In this document: positions 9,850-17,212 of the stretch, in pieces | Layout: each line of letters begins with the position of its first letter | Numbering within the stretch: the stretch's first letter is position 1 | IMG/VR virus record: IMGVR_UViG_2627853969_000002 | Source of the DNA: an uncultured virus (IMG/VR IMGVR_UViG_2627853969_000002) | Lineage: Duplodnaviria > Heunggongvirae > Uroviricota > Caudoviricetes | DNA: 37,378 bases | Reading direction: 5' to 3' (one strand) | Notes under the pieces: model-generated | What the model saw: only the letters and a program-made list of their open reading frames with translations | What the model was told of the DNA's origin: nothing | The model's database searches: none | Made by a program: the position numbers and the translations under genes

Positions 9850-10903
9850 CCGTCCGTCCCTGTCGGACCTGATCAATCGCACCACCAACGACGTGTTCCA
9901 ACGGTTGCAGCAGGACAACGTGTTGCGCCGCGCCGACGCGCAGGTCTACGCCCGCGTCCTGGCGGGTGTGGCCCATGGGCTGTACGGATTTATCGAATGG
10001 ATTAGCCGCCAGATCATCATCGACACCGCCGAGGCCGAGTTCCTCGAGCGCTGGGCATCCATCTGGCGCGTGCAACGTCTGGCCGCAACCCACGCCACCG
10101 GCACCATCACCTTCACCGTGGCCCCGAATGCAGCAGACATTCCGGTCGGAACTCTGGTGCAAACGCTCGATGGCACCCAGTTCCAGACGACAGCCGACAT
10201 CACAGTCAGTGGACTCCAGGCCACGACCAGCGTCACCGCGGTGATCCCGTCCGCCGCCAGCAACAGCTACGCCGGACAGACGGTCAATCTGGTCACCCCC
10301 GTACTGGGTGTGCAGACCACCGCCGTGCTCGGCGCGCTGAGCGGTGGCGGCGACCGCGAGTTAGACGACAGCCTGCGCGAACGCCTGCTCAACCGCATCC
10401 AAAAACCACCACAAGGCGGGGATGCCAACGACTACGTGCAATGGACCCTCGCAGCACCCGGCGGCGGCGCCACCCGCGCCTGGGTCGTACCGGAGCAATT
10501 CGGGGAAGGCACGGTGGGCGTGGCGTTCGTCTGCGATGGCAATGGCGCCGGCGCCGCGATCCTTCCCTCGAGCGCGCAGATCGCCGCCATTACGACCTAC
10601 ATCGACACGGTCCGCCCGGTCACCGCACATGTCACGGTCTATGCACCGCTCGCGGTGCCGATCAATTTTGCAATCGCAGGATTGAGTCCCAACACGCTAG
10701 CCGTTCAACAGGCCGTCGTGGCCGAACTCGCCGATCTGCTCGCCCGTGAAGGTCAACCCGGCGGCACGATCCTGCTGTCGCACATGCGCTCGGCGATTTC
10801 CTCTGCATCACAGGAATGGGATTACGTCCTGCTCACGCCGACCACCAACGTCGTGTTGCCGAGCGGCCAGATCCCGGTCATGGGCAAGGTGGCATGGCAG
10901 TGA
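9842..10903 (+). CDS. Baseplate wedge J-like protein (Mu gp47-like)
   Basis: F.RPSL, HGLYGFIEWI.RQ, GGGD.E.DD.LR.R.L.RIQ.PPQGG...DY..W, TRAW. Confidence 0.95.
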   Translation: MFNRPSLSDLINRTTNDVFQRLQQDNVLRRADAQVYARVLAGVAHGLYGFIEWISRQIIIDTAEAEFLERWASIWRVQRLAATHATGTITFTVAPNAADIPVGTLVQTLDGTQFQTTADITVSGLQATTSVTAVIPSAASNSYAGQTVNLVTPVLGVQTTAVLGALSGGGDRELDDSLRERLLNRIQKPPQGGDANDYVQWTLAAPGGGATRAWVVPEQFGEGTVGVAFVCDGNGAGAAILPSSAQIAAITTYIDTVRPVTAHVTVYAPLAVPINFAIAGLSPNTLAVQQAVVAELADLLAREGQPGGTILLSHMRSAISSASQEWDYVLLTPTTNVVLPSGQIPVMGKVAWQ

Positions 10904-11517
10904 TGCAACAGATCAACCAGCCATTGACCGCCGCCGACTACCTGGCATCGCTGCAAAAACTCTTGCCCTATGGACCCGCCTGGACCGATGACCCCGATGC
11001 GGCCATCACCCGATTACTGACGGGCCTGGCACAGGAACTGGCACGGTGTGATGCCACAAGTTGGCAACTCATCGCGGAGGCCGATCCGCGCACCACCGAT
11101 GCATTGTTTCCCGATTGGGAGCGGGTCGCTGGCTTGCCCGATCAGTGCGTGACCGCACTCAGCGGTCAACAGACGCCTACACAGCGACGAGCCGCCCTGG
11201 TCTCCCGACTCACCCAGATCGGCGGCCAGTCGCGCGCCTACTTCGTGGCCGTGGCCCGCACATTGGGTTCCACCATCACGATCACCGAGGGCTGGCAGAC
11301 CATCGACACCGTCATCTCGCCAGTCAACAACCCACTGACAAATGGCCGCTGGGTCTACACCTGGACGATTCATGTACGCCTCGGGGACACGCGCAGCACG
11401 CTCACGGTCAATGGCAGCGTCTGCGATCCGCTGGCGACTTGGCGCAACACATTGCTCGAGTGCGTGATGCGACGGCTCAAGCCCGCCCACACCACGCTGC
11501 TCTTCAGCTACACCTAG
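10894..11517 (+). CDS. Baseplate protein YmfQ/DUF2313 (Mu gp48-like); alternative start 10903
   Basis: LLPYGPAW, EADPRTT..L.PDWERVAGLPD.C, GGQSRAYF..VA..LG, LEC..RRLKPAHT.LLF.Y. Confidence 0.93.
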   Translation: MAVMQQINQPLTAADYLASLQKLLPYGPAWTDDPDAAITRLLTGLAQELARCDATSWQLIAEADPRTTDALFPDWERVAGLPDQCVTALSGQQTPTQRRAALVSRLTQIGGQSRAYFVAVARTLGSTITITEGWQTIDTVISPVNNPLTNGRWVYTWTIHVRLGDTRSTLTVNGSVCDPLATWRNTLLECVMRRLKPAHTTLLFSYT

Positions 11518-11525
11518 GAGATCAC

Positions 11526-12044
11526 ATGGACAACCGCGTCTGGGAGGCCAATGCCGCCCAAACTCCCCCCGTTCTACCGGCCAATCCATCAATCGGTTAT
11601 CCGACTGACGGCAATCCGACCACCAATACACCGGCCACGACACCTGGGGATTATTGGTTCTATCAGGTCAGCGAAGAAATCCGGAACGTGATTCTTGCTG
11701 GTGGCCTCGTCCCCGATCACAACGCACTCAACCAGCTCGGGCTGGCGATTGAAGCATTGATCAATGTCGCGATCACCAACGCACTGGCGAACTACAAACC
11801 AGCGGCACCACCACCGCCGCCTCCTGCACCACCTCCACCTCCACCTCCACCTCCACCTCCACCTCCACCTCCGCCTCCGCCTCCACCTCCACCTCCGCCT
11901 CCACCTCCACCTCCACCTCCACCTCCGCCTCCACCTCCACCTCCGCCTCCACCTCCACCTCCACCTCCGCCTCCACCTCCACCTCCACCTCCACCTCCAC
12001 CTCCACCTCCGCCTCCGCCTCCGCCGTCCCCACCAGGGGGTTAA
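11526..12044 (+). CDS. Short tail-fibre-like protein (172 aa): Mu-type baseplate anchor plus polyproline C-terminus
   Basis: AGGAG RBS at 11516-11520; GYPTDGNP...AT.PG..WF.QV.EEIRNVI..GGL.PD....NQL..AI is a Mu-like fibre N-terminus; occupies the gp49 position; ends P6-A-P66-SPPGG*. Confidence 0.85.
   Translation: MDNRVWEANAAQTPPVLPANPSIGYPTDGNPTTNTPATTPGDYWFYQVSEEIRNVILAGGLVPDHNALNQLGLAIEALINVAITNALANYKPAAPPPPPPAPPPPPPPPPPPPPPPPPPPPPPPPPPPPPPPPPPPPPPPPPPPPPPPPPPPPPPPPPPPPPPPPPPSPPGG
11808..12035 (+). repeat. Proline-codon microsatellite, mainly (CCACCT)n with interspersed CCGCCT
   Basis: 76 codons of which 74 encode Pro; uninterrupted Pro run at 11829-12026 (66 codons). Confidence 0.97.
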
Positions 12045-12053
12045 TCCAGGGAG

Positions 12054-12653
12054 ATGATCATGTACCTGCAAATGGCCGGTCTGCAGTTCATGCCGACCGG
12101 CGTGATCCTTTACGTCATCAACTACGTCGACATCGATCGACAGCACCTTGCCCGCGAGATCGACGAGCGTTACGAACCTTTCCACCACTGGGGAGACGTG
12201 CCGGACGACTTCAGCTACCACACCCCGTATCGACATCGGCTGCGCGGCAGCGTGGTGGAAGCCGCACAACCGGATCTACACGACTACCGCTTCCACTACC
12301 GACGGTTGCTCCTGATGGACCAAGTGCATGCGGGGTTGCGCTCGCAACGGACCGTGTTCGCCTCACGCTCGTTGCCACTACAGGATCGGGTGCTCGATCT
12401 CGCCCATGCCCAATGCCAGCAGTTTGATGATCATGGAGATGGTGAAGCGTTACCGCTGCTCAGCGCGATGGCGACCGCCTGGAATACCACGCTGGCCACT
12501 GCGGCAACGCGGGTCCGGATGGAATACGCCGACCGACAGGACACCTTGATCCAGTCCGAGGTCCGCCGCCTACATGCGCTGGCGACCGTTTGTGCCGCGC
12601 GTGATCATCACGATCTGGATGCGCTGTTCGTGAGGCACGGCGGCCATGACTGA
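12054..12653 (+). CDS. Hypothetical protein, probable tail fibre assembly chaperone
   Basis: Directly after the fibre; GGAG RBS; C-terminal PLLSAMA.A..TTLA.AA.RV...E.RR..A...V.AA resembles helical fibre-chaperone families. Confidence 0.5.
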   Translation: MIMYLQMAGLQFMPTGVILYVINYVDIDRQHLAREIDERYEPFHHWGDVPDDFSYHTPYRHRLRGSVVEAAQPDLHDYRFHYRRLLLMDQVHAGLRSQRTVFASRSLPLQDRVLDLAHAQCQQFDDHGDGEALPLLSAMATAWNTTLATAATRVRMEYADRQDTLIQSEVRRLHALATVCAARDHHDLDALFVRHGGHD

Positions 12654-13662
12654 CTTACTGGTCGCCCGCAATCTGGTGCAAGGCAATCCGTTCGCGAGCC
12701 GTTTACGCCAGGTCATCGGAGGTGTCCTCACAACCTCGCGCCTGGCATGTAAACCCGATCTGCTGCGCTTTGACGCCTGCTGTCCGATACCCGATGCGAC
12801 AACAACACAGCAGATCTCTTTTGCGCACTGCTGTGATGCCCGCGCGCGCGCGCTGCTCGATGCACATGCACGGCTGCACGTCATGTGGTCTGGTGGAATC
12901 GATTCGACCGTGGCGCTGGTCGCCTTGCTCAAAGCATTGCCTGGCAACGAACTCGACCGGCTCACCGTGTACCTGTCGAGCCACAGCATCGCCGAGAATC
13001 CAGGGTTCTACCAGGCCCACATCGCCGGCAGGCTGTCCGTCCAGCGCACCGTCAGCAAAGTCGGGCTGTACGAGAACATGGTGGTCACCGGGGAACTCGG
13101 TGACCAGTTGTTCGGGTCCGATCTGATGTTGGAGGCCACGCGGCGATTGGGGTTTGAAAGCCTGGCACAGCCACATGCGCTGGTCCTGCCTCGTCTATTC
13201 GGCAGCATCGCTGCAAATGAGCAGACCGGTACCGCACTCTATCGACGCTACGCGCCAATCGCCGACGAAGCCCCTTACCCCCTGGTCAGCGCACAGGATT
13301 TCCTGTGGTGGTGGAACTTCTCCCAAAAATGGCAGCACGTGAAGTACAGGCAACTGCTCTATGAGCCCCCAGGTTCGGACTATCGCGCGCTGCTCGGCAA
13401 GATCCAGCACTTCTTCGACACACCGGCATTCCAGCATTGGAGCATCACCCATCCCGCCGACAAACTTGGCGCCAGCATCGACACCTACAAAATGCCGGCC
13501 AAACGCTACATCGTCGCCTTCACCGGCGATCAGAGCTATCTGACCAAGGTGAAGATCGGTTCGCTGTGCAAGGTGTTCAAGTATCCACCGGTGGCCGCTA
13601 TCACCACCGATGGCACTTCGCTCGATCAGGCCGGCTTGCAGGCGTTCATCCGTTCTGACTGA
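12646..13662 (+). CDS. Asparagine-synthetase-like N-type ATP pyrophosphatase (PP-loop), no glutaminase domain
   Basis: VMWSGGIDST PP-loop and VVTGELGDQLFG (cf. AsnB SGEGADELFG); 338 aa with no Ntn domain. Confidence 0.8.
   Translation: MTDLLVARNLVQGNPFASRLRQVIGGVLTTSRLACKPDLLRFDACCPIPDATTTQQISFAHCCDARARALLDAHARLHVMWSGGIDSTVALVALLKALPGNELDRLTVYLSSHSIAENPGFYQAHIAGRLSVQRTVSKVGLYENMVVTGELGDQLFGSDLMLEATRRLGFESLAQPHALVLPRLFGSIAANEQTGTALYRRYAPIADEAPYPLVSAQDFLWWWNFSQKWQHVKYRQLLYEPPGSDYRALLGKIQHFFDTPAFQHWSITHPADKLGASIDTYKMPAKRYIVAFTGDQSYLTKVKIGSLCKVFKYPPVAAITTDGTSLDQAGLQAFIRSD
13583..13660 (+). repeat. Direct repeat copy 1 (3' end of the PP-loop gene)
   Basis: Aligns to 14492-14568 with 13 substitutions and 1 indel over 78 nt (~82%, hand alignment). 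Confidence 0.85.
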
Positions 13663-13713
13663 ACCAGCACTTCGGCTCGCGCGGATTGTTGCTCAGATCA
13701 AGCTGCGCCTCGA

Positions 13714-14409
13714 TTAACTTTCTTCCGCCATCACATCGGCATGAAGAATGGCGTAATCGATTAAATCAACCACCTGTTTAGCACGCTCCTGACGGCCGCG
13801 TAAATAAATTCCAAATAAATAAAAAAATGCAACTGGAATCAAAATAATAAAAAAGTACACACTGCGATTATCTTTCATGAAATTCGATGCAGCTATGAAT
13901 AAGGCTAAAAACGCAGGAAATAGACCATTCCTACGAAGATCTCCGATAAGAAAGCCGACACGACCATCCAAATTATCAAAATTGTTCCGATATTGTAGCA
14001 ATGCGTATTCCAACGTAGCTTTTTCATAGCATAGAAGCTGATTCAGGAAACCAACGTCGGACAACATATCGTTTTTTAGACGCGACAATTTCACAGACGC
14101 CCCCTGTTTACGGCGACGAAATAAAAATATAGCCATATCCAAAATTTGGATAAACATGTAAATAATACCAAAAAAAATCAAAAACCAACGAAATAATTTG
14201 ATAAAAAATGGATTTATTAGCGGCAGAAACATATATTGAATCAACTCGGAAATAATCAACATTATCCCAAATACAAAACCTCCAAAGATAATCAAAAATT
14301 CCAGGCGACGTATCCATTCCAGCGATATGAATGCCTCTTTATCACGCTTAACAAGCGTCATTTCCTCCAGCAGCGAGAACAGCGAAACGAGAGATTCCTG
14401 CTTGAGCAT
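13714..14409 (-). CDS. AT-rich hypothetical membrane protein (about 4 TM segments), moron-like
   Basis: 231-aa ORF antisense to the operon; two pairs of Phe/Ile/Leu-rich hydrophobic segments; much lower GC than flanks (e.g. 11/60 GC at 13801-13860). Confidence 0.8.
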   Translation of the reverse strand: MLKQESLVSLFSLLEEMTLVKRDKEAFISLEWIRRLEFLIIFGGFVFGIMLIISELIQYMFLPLINPFFIKLFRWFLIFFGIIYMFIQILDMAIFLFRRRKQGASVKLSRLKNDMLSDVGFLNQLLCYEKATLEYALLQYRNNFDNLDGRVGFLIGDLRRNGLFPAFLALFIAASNFMKDNRSVYFFIILIPVAFFYLFGIYLRGRQERAKQVVDLIDYAILHADVMAEES

Positions 14410-14491
14410 GTTGGTATCGAGTTCGTTGATCGAGCTGTAAAGGTATCAGGCAAACGGGACGCTGATTGGATTTCTGGCGTCCCCATCCATC

Positions 14492-14568
14492 ATCCGCCGA
14501 CAACCGCCATCACCACCAATGGCACTGCGGTCGACCAAGCCAGCTTGCAGGCGTTCTCCGCTCTGACT
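14492..14568 (+). repeat. Direct repeat copy 2 (degenerate relic of the PP-loop gene 3' end)
   Basis: Translates PPTTAITTNGTAVDQASLQAF versus PPVAAITTDGTSLDQAGLQAF; 1-nt deletion near the end. Confidence 0.85.
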
Positions 14569-14666
14569 CCCCACCCCGCTTCGACTTGAGCGGACTGTTG
14601 CTGAGTCATCCCCCCTCGCTCCCCACTCTCTATTTTTCAACCCATCCTTCCAAAGGAGGAATCGCC

Positions 14667-14993
14667 GTGCCTTTCACCGTGACGAAAACCACCACCCGCC
14701 CGGCCAACGAAGTGCCTGGATTCAAAGACAGCGCCGATCTCGATCCCGAGGTCGCAACGTCCATCGCCAACGTCAGCCATGCGGTTCGCACGCATCCCGC
14801 CGTGCTGTCCCGCTCGGTCGTGATGTCAGCCGACGGACTCACCAAAACGACGACCACCGTCTGGGAAAGCCAAGAGGCATATGACAGCTTCCAGGCTGCC
14901 AACAGCAGTGACCTGAGCAAGGTTTCCAGCGCCGCCAGCGTCTACAACAAGGCCAACGGCATCGTCGTCAACACCGCAAAATCCGGAGCCTGA
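14667..14993 (+). CDS. Small hypothetical protein (108 aa), possible ABM / dimeric alpha-beta barrel fold
   Basis: GTG start with strong AAGGAGG RBS at 14653-14659; TTTVWESQEAYDSF resembles the ABM W.S.EA...F motif. Confidence 0.6.
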   Translation: MPFTVTKTTTRPANEVPGFKDSADLDPEVATSIANVSHAVRTHPAVLSRSVVMSADGLTKTTTTVWESQEAYDSFQAANSSDLSKVSSAASVYNKANGIVVNTAKSGA

Positions 14994-14995
14994 TC

Positions 14996-15700
14996 ATGAA
15001 AACCGGCGCCTACATCGATGCCCGGCACAGCATGTACCCGTGCCAGTCCTGGTTGCTGTCCAAACCCATCAAGAACCACATCACCATCCCGCCGTTTTGC
15101 ACCCTGTATGGCTTTGTCGTTTCCGCCCCCACAGATCGGACGGCATCGATCATCGTGGGCGCAGGCAGCACCGACAAACCGAAAGTTCTGCGTCAAGCTA
15201 ACCAGGGGCAATACTTCTGCCATGCCACCGGCAGCGAGCATGCCGTGCTGATGCTGGACGAAGGCGTCATGGCCTTTGCCGTGATCCGGCATGGGTTTCG
15301 TGGACAAGGACTGGTCGGCGGGCCAATCGAGATGTCTGGACGGCTGTGCTACATCGACAACTGCTCGGACTCGTTGCTGGTCTACCCGCCGCGCAAAGGC
15401 GACCCAAGCCTCAACCACTTGTCGTTCCCTGCCGGTGTGCGCCAGTCCTTCCACATCCACCCCTCGATCCGCTTAGGCGTGGTCGCCAGCGGCTCCGGCT
15501 TTGCCTGCTTTGCAGGTCGCGAAATCCCACTCACCGCCGGCACCTTGTTCTGCATCGAAGAGCGCGAGTTGCATCGCTTCCGCACTGACGATCAGCCGCT
15601 CAATGTCATCGTGTTCCACCCCGATGGCGATTGGGGACCCACCGATCAAGCTCACCCGATGCTCAACCGCACCTATCTGTCGGCTGCGCATCATGCATGA
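14996..15700 (+). CDS. Cupin domain protein
   Basis: QSFHIHPSIRLGVVASGSG...LTAGTLFCIEERELHRF: cupin motifs 1 and 2 with HxH...H metal ligands. Confidence 0.8.
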   Translation: MKTGAYIDARHSMYPCQSWLLSKPIKNHITIPPFCTLYGFVVSAPTDRTASIIVGAGSTDKPKVLRQANQGQYFCHATGSEHAVLMLDEGVMAFAVIRHGFRGQGLVGGPIEMSGRLCYIDNCSDSLLVYPPRKGDPSLNHLSFPAGVRQSFHIHPSIRLGVVASGSGFACFAGREIPLTAGTLFCIEERELHRFRTDDQPLNVIVFHPDGDWGPTDQAHPMLNRTYLSAAHHA

Positions 15701-16364
15701 TCCTGCAACCATTCGAATGACCTATCCCGATGCACAGCTGTGTGCCGGCGAACGGGCGCACCAGGTGCTGATGGCGATCCGCTCTCCCAACGTCGTCGTG
15801 CTGGGTGGATTCCTGGACCAAGTCGATTGCCGCGATCTGATCGATCTGGCCGGACCGCGAATGAAACGCTCATCCGTCGTGCATCACGCGCAGGGGACGC
15901 GCATCGATGAGACGCGCACCAGTTCCGGTTGCCATTTCCGGCGCGGGGAAGTGGCGCTGGTGGCCGACATCGAGCAGCGCATCGCCGAACTCACAGGCAT
16001 ACCAGTGGAAAACGGCGAAGGTCTGCAGGTACTGCACTACCTGCCGGGACAGCACTACATCCCGCATTGGGATTACTTCCCACCAGAAAGCCCAACCTCG
16101 GCGGACATCGTCCGACCAGAATTTGGCGGGCAGCGCATCGCCACGTTCATCGCCTATCTGAACACCGTTCCCCTCGGCGGAGAGACGGAGTTCCCCAGTG
16201 CCGGCATCAAGGTGGCCGCCGTCCAGGGCAATGCCTGCTTTTTCTCCTACCGCACGGCAGACGGCCTGCCCGATCCCCTGACGTTACACAGTGGTAATGC
16301 CGTCATCGACGGCGAGAAGTGGATCGCCGTCAAGTGGCTGCGCGAGGGGCGCTACACCCGATAG
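15693..16364 (+). CDS. Prolyl 4-hydroxylase (2OG-Fe(II) dioxygenase, P4Hc family), 223 aa
   Basis: RTSSG, ENGEGLQVLHY..GQ.Y.PHWDYF (HxD), GGQRIAT...YLN.V..GGET.FP, DP.TLHSG (distal His), GEKW (2OG-binding Lys); start overlaps cupin stop. Confidence 0.92.
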   Translation: MHDPATIRMTYPDAQLCAGERAHQVLMAIRSPNVVVLGGFLDQVDCRDLIDLAGPRMKRSSVVHHAQGTRIDETRTSSGCHFRRGEVALVADIEQRIAELTGIPVENGEGLQVLHYLPGQHYIPHWDYFPPESPTSADIVRPEFGGQRIATFIAYLNTVPLGGETEFPSAGIKVAAVQGNACFFSYRTADGLPDPLTLHSGNAVIDGEKWIAVKWLREGRYTR

Positions 16365-16435
16365 GGATGACCCAACCATAAAGCTGGCCTTTGCAACTCA
16401 GGCCGCATTTCACGTTTCAACCAGAGGAATCAAAC

Positions 16436-16729
16436 ATGAGTGATGTCTGTGAATGCGGCCGTCCTATTGACCGGCTGCATGGCCTACAAACCACACGCCA
16501 TGCCTGCGGCGTGCTGTCGGAAAGCGACCGGCAGGCCCTGGCCGATGCGCTGTGCGAGGCGTTCGAGAAATCCGCGCCCGTGCTGTCCCAAGCACTCTCC
16601 GACGCACTACAGGCTCAGTTCGAGCGCGTGATCGGACGCGGCGTAGTCGGCTGGACAAAACGCATCCTGATCGCCGGCCTGCTCGCGCTCGCCGGCTACA
16701 CCTTTACCAAGAGCGGAAGCTTCAAATGA
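16436..16729 (+). CDS. Small protein with one C-terminal TM helix, putative holin/antiholin-like lysis protein
   Basis: GAGGA RBS; RILIAGLLALAGYTF hydrophobic segment; ATGA-coupled to the next gene. Confidence 0.5.
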   Translation: MSDVCECGRPIDRLHGLQTTRHACGVLSESDRQALADALCEAFEKSAPVLSQALSDALQAQFERVIGRGVVGWTKRILIAGLLALAGYTFTKSGSFK

Positions 16730-17202
16730 ACATCGTGATCACCCGAAAACACTCCAGCCCCAATGGCACGCCCGGCGAGTTGATCGCCACGAACGATGCT
16801 GGCCAAACCTTTACCTGCGACACCCTGGAACTGCCATGGCAGAACAACGCGCCAGGCGTGTCCTGCATCATGAACGACCGCTACCGCGCCACGATCTGGC
16901 ACTCCGATCACCTCGACTGCGACGTGCTGCGTTTGGAGGACAAGCACGGGCGGCGGAACTGCCTGATCCACTGCGGAAATTTTGCCGGCAATGTGTCTGA
17001 AGGCATGGAAACCCAGGTGCATGGATGCACGCTGGTCGGTCGCCGTTACGGGGCGCTGGTCAACGACGACGGGGGCGCGCAACTGGCCATCCTCGACAGC
17101 CGCGTGACGCTGACCAGGCTGATCGCCTTCGTCGGCAGCGGTGACCACACCGTCGACTACCAATGGGCACAGGGTTGCGAACCTGCCGCCTGCCACGCTT
17201 GA
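16726..17202 (+). CDS. DUF5675-family protein, putative endolysin
   Basis: GT.GEL...F.CDTLELPW.NN...SCI...Y, GR..CLIHCGN, GCTLVG motifs; lies between two membrane-protein genes. Confidence 0.75.
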   Translation: MNIVITRKHSSPNGTPGELIATNDAGQTFTCDTLELPWQNNAPGVSCIMNDRYRATIWHSDHLDCDVLRLEDKHGRRNCLIHCGNFAGNVSEGMETQVHGCTLVGRRYGALVNDDGGAQLAILDSRVTLTRLIAFVGSGDHTVDYQWAQGCEPAACHA

Positions 17203-17212
17203 GGAGATCACC

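Noticed and set aside
11808..12035. CRISPR array or collagen-like repeat
   Set aside because: No spacers or cas genes, and no Gly-X-Y periodicity.
11589..12269. Alternative-frame ORFs over the repeat (poly-RW, poly-LH, poly-EV)
   Set aside because: These are shadows of the CCACCT repeat; only the Pro frame has an RBS, a fibre N-terminus and purely synonymous unit variation.
13583..14568. Diversity-generating retroelement (VR at a gene 3' end plus downstream TR)
   Set aside because: Only 6 of 13 substitutions have A in the putative template, there is an indel, and no reverse transcriptase is present in the window.
12646..14993. Lasso peptide cluster
   Set aside because: An AsnB-like enzyme is present, but no leader peptidase, RRE protein or lasso-type precursor is recognisable.
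11526..16364. Invertible tail-fibre cassette (Mu G-segment type)
   Set aside because: No invertase gene, inverted repeats or reverse-oriented alternative fibre ends were seen.
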